Below, in pieces: positions 51,942-64,000 of a stretch of DNA of 64,000 nucleotides; position 1 is the first letter of the stretch; each line of letters starts with the position of its first letter. The notes under the pieces are model-generated. The model searched no databases. It worked only from the letters and a program-made list of their open reading frames with translations, and was not told the DNA's origin. The stretch is from Hydrolagus colliei (lineage: Eukaryota), in contig CM068756.1 in NCBI GenBank assembly GCA_035084275.1, positions 14,260,001 through 14,324,000 of the forward strand, written 5' to 3'. A program made the translations under genes and the position numbers.

Positions 51942-52401
51942 GTTTGACGGGGGCTCTGATGAGCTGTAACACACGAATGTGCAGTATTTGATATAGAGTA
52001 GGCAGCTTTGACACTGACTTCCTGTTTCTTTGAGTTCGTGAAATGTCGCTGTTGTGGTTGACATGATTTAAAATCCACTTTTACATTAAAACTGAAAATA
52101 ATATGTTTTCCTTTTAATAGCAGAGAAAGGGTTAAACAAATATCAAAACATAAACTCACAGTGTCCAGCATCACTATTGAGTCAGTGGTGCTTTCTCTAA
52201 CCAGAAATATTGTTTTAAGCATCAACTCTCTTTGGAGTGTCAGAAACAAGCTAATCTGGTGGAATGTTTCTGCTGATAGTTCTCTCTGTCCCCTATTGAT
52301 AGAAATTAACCTTTCCCTCTAAAGCGTACGCCCACCCTCAAACATGACAAATTATCGTTACCCTTTGTATCCAAAGTTGTAGAGATAGAATAATCATACA
52401 C

Positions 52402-52453
52402 CTGTTGAAATAATATGTAAGACATACAGGTACAAAAAGACGACACTTTCCAT
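52402..52453 (-). other. Orphan duplicate leader exon upstream of G5
   Basis: 52 nt, ATG...ACAG|GT, encodes MESVVFLYLYVLHIISTG, same phase as the other leaders. Confidence 0.7.
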
Positions 52454-55400
52454 GTCTGACTCTGGCTCTGATGGGCTGTAACATGTGAATAATAATAATC
52501 TTTGCATTTGCTATAGCGCTTTTCACATCTTATCGACATCTCAAAGTGTTTCACAGAATATAACGTAAAGTGAACTGCCTATACCTGTGGGCGAAACGCG
52601 GGAGCCAACCGCGCACAGCAGTCTCCCACAAACAGCCATGGATTGAAATGACCAATTTTAATATTGTGTTTTTTTTGATGGATTATTATTCGGCGTGTGG
52701 AGTACGGAAACTTACCCAAGGCTTTGCCCTGATCTGCTTGGATTCGAACACAGGTCACGTGCTTTCAAGGCAAGTGCTCTAAACACTGACCTATAGGAGC
52801 TATAGGAGCGCCGTGGTCTGACAATGCAGTATACCCCCAGCATTGCCTTGGTGTGTGTGCGCTTAAATTCCTGACATGAGGCTTTATCCTGTTAACTCTG
52901 CAAGCCAAAGCCCGAGCCTTTAGGATGATCCTAGCTGGACAAGAAGCGGGAAAGCTCGCAGGACAGCAATATCAATGGAAAACTATGTGATTTTAGCTGG
53001 TTAGACTCCAGCAATACCCAGAGACAGAGCTCTAAAATTCATTATAAATGGACGCATGTCTTATAACCCTTTTGCACCTCCTAATTTAGACTTATTATTC
53101 ACCTTTTCCCTTCCGTATCTTATCCTCCACAGCTACAAGGTCACACTGTGCTCTCCTGCTATTCTCAACCATAAAGCCACAATCTTTCGAGGCCAGTTGA
53201 GACTAAACTAAAGCTAGAAAGTAATTACGGAACTTGTCGCTTCAGTTAGTAATTTGGGAATGTGTGCAATAGGGGGAATGCTTGCAGCAACTGACTATTA
53301 TGTGTCTGTGTGCATGTGCACGTACGCATAACTACCTATATGATCATTTTAGTTACCATATCCTCATAAAATTGCTCATAATTACTTCCTCATGAAGCTA
53401 ATGTGTTTTCTAATTTTATTGCAAAGCATCTATCATAACACTAATCCCTGAAAAGAAAGGAAATTGGTCATTTCAATCCAAGACTGTTGGTGGGACACTA
53501 TAGTGTGCCTGCCTGCCTGCCCACCTGCCCGTCCGCCCTCCAAGACCACAATGCCTCTGCCTGCTTGTCCTCCAAATGTTCTACTGCTTTCAAAATAGTC
53601 CACTGTCGTGACTTGACGACTTCTCTTCCCTCATCCATCTCCTTGGGCTGCCTGGCCACCTCCCATGTATCTAAGAACTGTATTCTTGTCCCCCTTACTT
53701 TTTCAACTCCATCCTCTTTCACTTGGTGATACTATCCACAGACAAGCGATTAAGTTTCATATTGATGTGAATGAAAGGCAACTCAACCTCTACTGTCGAT
53801 TCGAGATCTACTGGTGCAATATCCAATTCTGTGTCAAGACCTTGATGATCCCAGATTTTCTGTAAATTACTATTGATGAATCCCATCCACCTTGTCTTCT
53901 GCAAATATTTCCTTTTTTCTAGAATTTACTGTAAAGTGAACTGACTGTATAAGTGTGGGAAACACACAGCTACCAATTGTGCACACCCACGTGTCCCCAC
54001 AAATAGGAATAGAAGTCACAATGTGCTCTCCTCAACCATAAAACCACAATTTTTCAAGGCCAATTGAAACTAAACTAAAGTTTGGAAGTATTTACGGAAC
54101 TTGTCACTTCAGTTCCTAGTTTTGGAATGTGTGCAATAAAGGGGAACGCTTGCAGCAAATGACTATTGTGTGTGTGTGTGTGTGTGTGTGTGTGCACGTA
54201 CACATAACTACCTACAGGATCATTTTAGGAACCATATACGTTACATCCTCATAAAGCTAATATGTTTTCTAATTTTATTGCAAAGCATCTATCGTAACAC
54301 TAATCCCTGAAAAGAAAGTAAATTGTTCATTTCAATCCACGCCTGTTAGTGGGACACTATAGTGTGCAATTGATTGCTGTGCTTCATTTGCATATGTACA
54401 ATCAATTCACCTTGCCTACAATATACAAAGTGCTTTGAGACATCTAGAAGACATGATTTGCGCTAAATCAAATAATAGAATAATAATCATTATTAAATAT
54501 CATTAGTACATTGCTCAGGTCAGACCGCACCTTGAGTAATGCATAACAATGTGGTCACCTTGATGGTAAACATTAATGTCCTGTGCTCGATATATAATCT
54601 GAGAGTGCAAGACTCTTGTAATTTAATTATCCTGTGACATTTACAAACATAGCAGGACGATTGAGGTGTTAACGCTTATTTATTTCATGTTAGGTATATT
54701 GTTATACTGTTAGATGTATTGTAAGTAGATACACAAATGTTGAATGCAAAGCTTCAACCATTTCACTGCATTTGACGAATTGCAACACATCTTGTTGCCT
54801 CCCCTCCTCTCTGTTAGTGGTTGATATCCTCTCCCCCACAACAAGCCCCAGTTCAGACGAAAGTATAGAATTAAATGGTTGTTTGGTTGCCTTCCTAGGT
54901 CTGTAGTCTTTGACTATGGTATTGAATAAGTAGGGATTTGATGAGAAACTGTCAAGTACAAATAGTTAAAGGGACATAAAGGGACAGAGGCAGTGAAAAT
55001 CATATTTCCAATTGATATTCTGCCATCCACCAACATGAAAATATGTTACAGACCTGATTAGATTAATTCAACAAGAATTCCTACTTAAAGTACTATTGAT
55101 TAAAACATGCTGGGATTTGTTTGACACAAAGTCACAGGCCTAACTCGGATGGATTACAAGAAAGGTAAATTGTAGTTTACAACTAACAACTTAATTCAGT
55201 CAAGGGGAATAAATAGGTTCGTAATTCTGGAGGAATCATGTTCAGTTCATAATCCAACTCAATTTAAGCGCTGTCTTGGTGTGGGTTGAGATTTGTCCGG
55301 TGTCCTGGCAAATGATAATCATGATAAATTGGTGACACACTTTATATGGTTATAGCAAGTAGAGTCATTCCAAAGACAATGATTCGCAGCCGTGAAGCAT

Positions 55401-55486
55401 TTTAAAACGTTTGGAATTATAGGCTCCACAATGACAATTACTAAATTGGGATATTGATCACCCAACTGATTTGGTGATAAACTTAC

Positions 55487-56620
55487 CCGATCTTCCAGAT
55501 TGCCCGATCGAGTCAGGTTTCCCTTTGATCCTAAATGTGAATAAAATTTCCTGAATTAAATATTTACTCAATTTTAATACTAAAATAATGTAATTATCCT
55601 ACATTTCGGGATGAGTGAAATACAAATATCCGCCTGGATTATTTAGTCTCCCCCTGAAACTCCATGTCACTCATACTTTCCGAAATCCTTAACATTGTAG
55701 GAATTTTTTCCTTTGAATATTTTGAATCCCAAACTTGGCGATGACTAACCACCACTATTCCTTAATTTTTTAGTTTTTCCTCTTAAGCAGCTTGTAAGTT
55801 TCCTGCACGCTGGGCCTTCGTTTTTCTCCTGGGACTCTCAATAATAAAAACATATTTTTAATGTCACAATTTCAATGTAGTATTTCGCTGAATTCCATTA
55901 CAACAACAACAAAATAACATTTGTATAGCGCCATTCACGTCGGGAGGATGTTTACTGATAAACACACATCTGGCACTAGTCCCTGCATTTGTTTGACACC
56001 ATTCATCAGTACAGTTACTAACAAATGCACACAATTCATCGTATCATAAGGCAGTTGCAATACATTAAGTCAGATTTCTGACATTGAAGGTGGTTAAATG
56101 AGAAATTCTGGGATACTAACATTCACCACGTGAAATTGTTACAGTACTGAATCTGTTGCAATAACTACAAGTAATTTATAAGAACATAAGAATTAGGAGC
56201 AGGAGTAGGCCATTCGGCCCTTCGAGCCTGCTCCGCCATTCAATAAGATCATGGCTGATCTTCTGACCTAACTCTGATTACCTGCCCTATCCCCATATCC
56301 CCCAATCCCTCTATTTTAAAAAAAATCTATCAGTTTCAGCCTTGAAAATGTTCAAAGACTGAGCATCTACAGCCTTCTGGGGTAGTGAATTCCATAAATT
56401 TACTGAGGGTGAATGTGGGTTGTGAAATGTGGCTGTTGTGATTGATGTGATTTGAAACCCACCTTTGCAGTGAAATTGTGAAAATAATAATTATTCCCAT
56501 TAATAGCAGGGAAAGGATAAAAATGTATCTAAACATAAAATAATAGCGTTCAGCATTACTATCATGTTGGTGGTGCTTTCTCCATACTGAATTATTGTTT
56601 TAAGCATCAACTTTGCTTTG
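55487..56620 (-). pseudogene. psiB: ghost gene retaining promoter-like sequence and the 44-nt cytoplasmic exon only
   Basis: 56410-56620 is homologous to the upstream regions of the family (e.g. 19720-19950). 55487-55530 has a good acceptor and a GTAAGT donor (GSKGNLTRSGNLEDR). No leader, V, C1 or TM found. Confidence 0.6.
56178..56407 (-). mobile_element. CR1 3' fragment, related to 5413-7242
   Basis: ATAAGAACATAAGAA tail and matching 3' UTR. Confidence 0.85.
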
Positions 56621-56624
56621 AGTC

Positions 56625-57450
56625 AATAGTGTCAGAAAGAAGCCATCTCCACATCAGGCAACTGCCTGTCCACAGACATTTTTATAAACCCACCAACTCC
56701 GACAGCTACCTTGACTACACCTCATCCCATTTGTCGGTCCCTTGCAAAGATGCCATTGCATTTTCCCAGTTCCTCTACCTCCACTGCATCTGCTCTGACA
56801 ATGCAACATTCCATGCCAGAGAAACCGAGATGTCCTCATTTTTCCTCGACAGAGAATTCCCACAAACAATGATAGCGAAGGCCCCTGACGGTGTCCGCCC
56901 GATTTTCCGCACTTCTGCCCTCATCCCTCACCCCTTCTCTCCCAGCCCGGAACTGTTTTAGAAACCTCGCCTACCACCCTACTAGCCTCAGTATTCAGTG
57001 CATCATTCTCAGACATTTCTGACACCTCCAACGTGGCCCATCCACCAAACATATATTTTCCTCCCCTCCCCTCTCCGCATTCTGAAGGGATTGCTCCCTC
57101 CGGGATTCTTTGGTTCATTCCACCGTCAGCACCACCAGCCGCTCTCCTTCCCCTGGCACCTTCCTGTGCCAGCACAGGAGATATAATATCTGCCCCTTCA
57201 CCTCCACCCAGACCACTCTCCAAGGACCCAAACACAGATTCCATGTAAGACAGTAGTTTCATGTACTACCACCAATGTTGTATTCTGTATCCGCTGCTCA
57301 TGATGTGATCTCCTCTATATTAGGGAGACAAAGCGCAGATTGGGAGACCAATTTGCAGAGCACCTTTGTTCTGTACACAAGGTTATTCCTGATCTTCCGG
57401 TCTCCCTCCATTTCAATTCACACTCTCATTCAGAGGCTGCTGACCTTCTG
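56625..57450 (+). mobile_element. Penelope-like retroelement fragment (RT C-terminus and GIY-YIG region)
   Basis: FYKPTNSDSYLDYTSSH..CKDAIAFSQF..CICSD and GDQFAEHLCSV..DLPVSLHFNSHSHS resemble Penelope ORFs. Confidence 0.75.
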
Positions 57451-57674
57451 TTGCAATATAGAAAGGATATTGCATTGATTGAGAGGATACAGAGGAAGGC
57501 AACCAAATCAGTTGAGGGGATGGAGAGTCTGAACCACAAGGAGCGATTTGATTTACTGGGCATGTTCATGCTGGAGATGAGAAGGTTGAGGTGCAATGTG
57601 ATTACGGTCTTTAAGATTCTGAAAGGATGAGGTAATATAGACCACGATAAGCTGTTTTATTTTTATCATAAAAT

Positions 57675-58175
57675 CCATAAATCCAACTCATTCAAAACTC
57701 TGTTGCCTACATTCTCACCTGCACCAAACCTCACTCCCCCATCACCCCAGTCCTTGCCAGACTTCAATAGCTCCCTTTCCCAGAGAGGATCGATTTCATG
57801 ATCCTCGTTTTCAAATTCCTCCACTCCTCTGCAGCCCCCTACCTCTCCAACCTCCTCTCTCCTCAAACCAGCACCCGTTGCCTCCACTCCACCAGGTTGG
57901 GCCTCCTCCTTGTCCCCCGAAACCTCCGCCCCATCATCGGCAGCTATGCCTTCAGCCACCACGCTCTGAGGCTCTGGAATTCCCTTCCTCACTCCCTTCA
58001 TCTCTCCCCATCTCTTCCCAGTTTCAGGTCTCAGCTAAAGACCTTTCTCTTCGACCTCACCTTTAGTCACCTTTCTCCCCCTGCCCCTGGCTCAGGCCCA
58101 GCATCCATTATTGTGAATAGCTCTGAGATGCCGTCCGGCGTGGAGGGCACTACATAATTCAAAGTTGTTGTTTTA
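57675..58175 (+). mobile_element. L2 LINE 3' fragment
   Basis: ILVFKFLHSSAAPYLSNLL...IGSYAFSHHALRLWNSLP. L2/SINE-type tail. Confidence 0.8.
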
Positions 58176-59702
58176 TTTTACAATGAAGAGAAGAACCAGA
58201 TGACAAAGATTGAAGGGGGTGGCGAGAGAAGACAGACTCAAAGCAAGTCTACAGAAATGCTACTTCAGTGAGCGAATAGTAAACTTATGGAACAGGCTTC
58301 AAAAGGAGATGATGAAAGCAGAAACTGTTTGTTTCACGAAGTTAGATAGATTTTTTGCTGGAAAACACTTCATTGGGATAAAGGGTGCAGTTAGGGACTA
58401 GTGTCAAGGAACTGCTAGATTGGTTGCAGGTAATGTAGGTGTACCTTGGTCTTTTTTGTAAGAAATGTTTATGATGTTAAGTTGTTGTTGTTGCTGATAA
58501 CATGGATAAATCGCAATATATACAGCATCTCAAAATCTATCTCAACAAAAAGATTGGAAAATCGTTTAATAGATTTCTGCATTTTCTGAATATTGCTTTC
58601 CCTTAGAAAATAGACATTCAATAAATGACCAAATACCACATCGACTTTCCTTGAACATTTTATTTATTGCAATTCAAAATGAGGACTCAAAACTGTTATG
58701 TTTAATTATCATGTACAGTAATGTACAAGCAACTTCATTTGAGAGTTTAGGTGAATGGTATTACAGATATCACACAAAAATAGACTAAAATGTTTATTGA
58801 TTGCAGTTTCATAGCCTCCACCCTTACAAAACATCAATAGCTGTATTTTAAAAGAATAAAATATATCATTTATGGGACTTGGTGATTTTTGAAAATATAC
58901 TTTATTTTTAAACAGCTGAAAAATGCAAATTGTTTAGGATGTTCTAGTGAAATAAAGCAAAAGGAATAAAGTTTGGAGAGTAAAAGGCATCTGGGTCCTT
59001 TTGTGCAGAAATTTCTGTGTCTACATAAATTTTTAAAAACCATCAACATAATTTTCCATAGGAGTCAGAAAAATCAAAAAGATGATCTACAATTGATTTT
59101 CAACTGGACTCTATGATTTGTCCCAAAATATTATTTATAAAATAGTAAAGTGGTGGCTTTGGATACTATAGTTTTGTAATTGTCAGTTTATTGGCGCCAA
59201 ATTGTCCAAGCTGATGTGTAATCGTTTTTAAGAAAGTCTCTGAAGAAAGTCTGGGAAACTACAACAGCAGCAAGAAAGTTGTACAGTGCCTTTCACATTG
59301 GGAGGACATCCCAAGAAGCTGTGATATATAACTGCTAATATATAATGGGTGAAAACAAATAAGATGCGGCTAATATTCCAGTTATTTTCCCACTCCTAAA
59401 TGGTATAAATCAAAATTGATCAAATATGTTTGATATAGTATACCAGTTCATAATGTAGAATCTTCTGTTTCTTCCAGTCACTGCATTTCCACCAACATAA
59501 TTCATTCGCCTGTGATCATTTTTCACTTCATCTGTAACTGAACAAGATATTATTTACACTGATTGCTACGTTCCACGCAAACAAGTTAATATTTCAATCT
59601 GAAATATTTACAACGACACTGTAAACATAATATATTTTAGTTTAATTGTAAACAGCGACTAAAGATATTCAGACAACACCATTGACATTGATTTCCCGCC
59701 GA

Positions 59703-62700
59703 TCACTCTGGAAAGGCGTCTGAAAGCGCTTGGCACTGTTGGTTAGCCACCGGAGCTGGAGATGGAAGCCGAGCCATCACATATGACTGTCTGATTTTAT
59801 TTGTCTCTATCTAATATGATATAAATTTATTCTCAAACTGTAAATATTTAAAGATTATCTTCAAGAATGTTCAGCCTCATGGATGTAGAGCTTATGAATA
59901 GGGACACTAATGCTAACATTTATTATGACAACCCAGTAACAGATATGGAAGTCATTACACTAATAATGTATATTGTTGACTGTTGTTCCAGATGCCTGGA
60001 GGTTTGGAGGAGATATCTTTATATCCACTGATTATTAGAGGATCCTCCAATACAACAAATGTTAATTCCCACAATCTAAACTGTCTGGTCCCGGTTACCA
60101 GCGGTTTCCTGTTCATTGATAATTTTATGGGCTACGCTATCAATACAATAATTGTCAATGAAACCACAATATTATTTTGAAACAAAGAATGCCTCCTTAC
60201 CTTTCAAGTTGTGAGATTTTAACATGGTCAACAATGAAGATGGTCAACACTATCACTACCAAGAAACAAGATATAAACCGTAAAATCATCATATTCTCCG
60301 ACATTCCACCATAACCTAGAAAACAAATATCGAAATTTAAAATGTTTACATGAAAATTTGCTGGATAACTAGGCTGTATTGGGAAAATACATACTTTCTT
60401 AATTAATTTCTATTGGAAGCTACAATGAGATGGAAATGATCAACTGTGAATTTATGTGATTGAAAACAACAGAGAATTATTGTGAACATCAATGCACAGA
60501 GAGTTTGTTAATGATGTTATAGAGACAGAGTTATATATTATATGGTAGCAGTTCCCCAGAGACGGTGTGCTTAACTTCAAATGTGCCAGAGAGAATGACT
60601 GTTTTTAAGAGCAGCAATTGTTGCTGTAAAGGAGAAGAAGCGAAAGATTTGCTCCAACAAGGCATCAGAAAATGAAATGGTTTGAGGAAGGAATCTTATT
60701 TGTGTTTTATTTGTGAACATGTAAAGTCGAATTACTGATTTGAAAACGAATTGCAGGTGGAGCGCTCAGGACTATTGCACTTTAGGCAGGTTAGTAAATA
60801 ACAAAACATACATATTGAAGACGAGAAATTTAATAACAAAACAAGAAGTTACTCAGATTTAAAATATTCTGCCTTTCAAAGACTAAATATTTATATATAT
60901 CTTATATGTATATGGCGTTTACAGTGGTAAACATTCTGCGTATGACTGTAAATTTGTTGCTTATATAAATGCAGATGCAATTTCCGGTAACAAAGTGTTT
61001 AAGAATAAAAGAAAGTGAGATAACTAGGCATCCTACCATCCAATTCTGTGTTGAATTTAGAAACTGTGTAGCTCGGAACAGTGGGAAGCTGGTGTCTGAT
61101 GGCAGACAGGAATAAACAGCTACGTTTTGTATAGTTTGTGTCTCTTCTATTTAGTCCGAAACTTCATAAAATCCGTTTGAATTATTTACTTTTTTGAAAT
61201 CTGTCCCCGATTTAACTGCCATCGTTATTCCCAATGAGGCCGACATCTCTCAATATCAGTTTAGGGCACTAAACCTTTGGAGATAGGCCAGACTGGGGGT
61301 AGGTTTGGGGCTAAAACAGTGCAGGATCCGTCCTTTTACAAGATGAATGAAACATTCTTAAATTGTGGCTAAGCCTCTCAGAAGCCGTGTGGAATCTTTC
61401 TCTTCTCATGGAATATTGTGGAATTCCTTCAAATAAATAAATTTATGCACATCCAAGTGGGATATTTGAAATGGAGATGGATAATAGGTTACGGGAATAT
61501 GAAAAGTGGCGGAGAAATTGATTGAACTTCTGCCATCATTCTGGAGCAACAATCAGCTGCATTTAAAAGTGTTTCCAGTCGGAGAGTGTCCCGAAGAAAA
61601 CAGTGGGGATTTCACTAAAATTAGACGGATGGAGTGATTTCTATATTGTTATTCTAATAAAATATTTTGAAGGCCTTAATAATCCCCGAAATGTGAATTT
61701 GACTAACAACTGGGTTCCTACTTATTGCAAGAGATTCTGATTAATAATCATCCTAACAGCAGCCAAATTTTCCACACAAAATGTACAGTACCATAAATAG
61801 TCATGAAGTGAATAACAAACTTTACCTGGGGGTTTCATTAGCCAGAACAAAGGAGGAAGAATCTTACTTCACTTTTCGAATAGTACCGCAACATCATTAA
61901 TGTACACCTGAACATGCCATAAGGATCTCAGTTTAATGTCCCATCCAAATAGCGGGAAGCCACAGACTGCTCCCCTAGCATTACACTAGATTGCCAGTGA
62001 CTTGGGACAATCTCGATACATGTGTTCAGAATAGATTAGTATATTACTAGACAGGGTAAACATTCTGGGTACGGAGGGATGTAAATAGTTGAAAGCAATG
62101 TTAACTTTAGACATTCATGAAAAATCTTTCAATTTAAGTATTAAGCAAAATAACCAGTGTGAATATTACGTCCAGTCTCAATCTGTGAATATCATTGTGA
62201 TCAGAAGTAACAACAAAACAAAATGACACCTGCCGTGAGGAGGACGTACCAAGGCACTGGACCTGTATTAAAATTACAATGAACTCAGAACGTAAAACAG
62301 CTTGATAATATGTCATTTAAGGCAGATGTAGCTGATGACATGTGTTTGAGTTTATTTTTTAATCATTGTTCTTGACTTTATTAGTCAGGCGAGGGTGACA
62401 CACAGAATACTACAATGGACCATTGCTTTTCAGAGGAACCCTCACAAAGTACAATCCATAAATTGTAGAGGAAGATGGCTTTACCTATTGACATCTGATC
62501 ACAGTGATGAAACACGCTCATTTGTTTTTAGTAAGAGGGGGGGAATATGATGGAATGAGAAGACATTTGATGCTGAAGTGTCCTGAGGTGTACCGAGGTT
62601 TTGAAAATTACGTGGGTTTAGGATTCCACCACTTATCGGTTAGGTTTAACAAAATATTTGATGATTCGCTTAAAATGTATGACCTTCAATTCAAATTGGA

Positions 62701-63970
62701 TACTGTAGTTTATCACCATCTTGTACCATGCCCTTCTCACTAATCTCAACACATGTGTCTCCTATCAACTCTGGCATTGCTTCCTATTGGAGCTCCTGTG
62801 GCTCAGTGGTTAGAGCACTTGTCTTGCAAGCTGGGGAGACCAAGCTGGGGAGACCTGTGTTCGAATCCAGGCAGGTCAGGGCAAAACCTTGGGCAAGTTT
62901 CCTTACTCCACACACCCAATAATAATCCCTCCAAAAAAACGCACAATAGTAAAATTGGTCATTTTTCAATACACGACTGTGTGTGGGACACTGCTGTGCG
63001 CAATTGGCTGCCGCAATTCACCCACAAATATATACAGTCAATTCACTTTACAGTATATTCTGTGAAGCGCTTTGGGACGTTGATAAAATGTGGAAAGCGC
63101 TATATCAAATGCAAGGATTATATATTTTTTATTCTTCCTATATGCAGGTCTCCTGGGAGAGCAAGTCACATTCCATCCCTCAAGTCATCGGCAGGAGCTG
63201 CCGAACATTGACTGTCCCTCATGGCTCCATCCTCAGCTCCTGACTACCTATATGATCTATCTACTTGGCGACATCATCTGTGGACATCTAAGTGCACATA
63301 TACGAAGATGAAACCCAACTCTCCCTTTTTCCACACACAACAACCATCATCGACCTGATTAGGTCCCAAACTTCAAGTCCCTGATGAGCTCTGACTTTCT
63401 TCAACTGAATAATAATAATCTCTGCATTTTATACGGCGCCTTATATATCAAATACAATTATTAATATCATTATATCTCGTCATTGCATTACAAATCCCTT
63501 CAGACGAATGAATGAAAGGCACTATACAAATATAATTTTGTTGTTGATATTGTTTACGAGGCAATGCAGCTAAACATCCCTACGAGATTTGAATAAACAA
63601 CAGTTGACTTTTTAAAATTTGGTTAGATTCTTACCTGCGTTAGGTTTTGGGATGGAATGTTTTGTGTCAGTGTAGGTGGCAATAGCTGCAGACTTCAGGC
63701 TGACGTGGAACACCAGACAAGTATAAACAGACGCTATCTGGACAGACTGTGTGTCTTCAATAGAGCTAGAGACCTTATAGAGTTCCCCAGAGTTCTGCTT
63801 TTCTATGGTTACTGTCTCTTCCACCTTGATTCCTGATGTTGGTGTAATTTCGTTCCCATCTTTATACCATATGAGGGTGAAATCCTTTGGGTAAAACGCG
63901 GTAGTTTCACACACAATTGTCCGATGCTGAGTAGAATTCCTAGAGAAAATCCTCAGTGGAGTTGGGGGAA
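59703..63970 (-). CDS. G6 (partial; leader and V lie beyond the window): C1 + Arg-TM + short tail of the same receptor family
   Basis: C1 63635-63970, TM 60201-60315 (GYGGMSENMMILRFISCFLVVIVLTIFIVDHVKISQLE), tail 59703-59790 (RQSYVMARLPSPAPVANQQCQALSDAFPE*). Confidence 0.85.
62789..63130 (+). mobile_element. tRNA-derived SINE, same family
   Basis: A and B boxes, flanked by a CTTCCTAT duplication inside an old L2 relic. Confidence 0.85.
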
Positions 63971-64000
63971 CTGTAGAACAGATAATGGAGGAAAATTATA

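Noticed and set aside
55000-55310. Terminal tyrosine-motif exon for psiB
   Set aside because: The best acceptor gives DTGQISTHTKTALKLSWIMN*. Nearby DYEL/NYEPI fragments are in different frames, so no supportable motif.
1-64000. CRISPR array or prokaryotic defence system
   Set aside because: Spliced vertebrate genes and retroelements. Repeats are segmental duplications and microsatellites, not repeat-spacer arrays.

Overview
Eukaryotic, AT-rich, repeat-laden genomic DNA, most likely from a cartilaginous fish (inferred from the CR1, L2, Penelope and tRNA-SINE content). The window is a tandem cluster of minus-strand immunoglobulin-superfamily receptor genes. I reconstructed them by hand from splice sites and exon phases; the ORF track shows only the V and C1 exons. 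Shared layout: 52-nt leader exon, 321-nt V exon with a germline-joined J-like G strand (GTGPGSxLxV, no RSS seen), 321/336-nt C1-set exon, TM exon, cytoplasmic exon(s). Five genes (G1, G2, G3, G4, G6) have an Arg-containing TM exon and a short or absent tail, like NKp30/NCR3-type activating receptors; G1's tail lies outside the window. One complete gene (G5, 329 aa) has an uncharged TM and a tail with two tyrosine motifs (AVYAMI-x9-YEEL). Two deleted relics of the G5 class, older V-exon relics, a chimeric gene and a frame-compensating splice shift point to a fast-evolving paired-receptor locus of non-rearranging VJ-C1 receptors. Family assignment (NCR3-like) is inference, with no database search run. 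The rest is transposon debris, simple repeats and a near-identical 2.6-kb tandem duplication.
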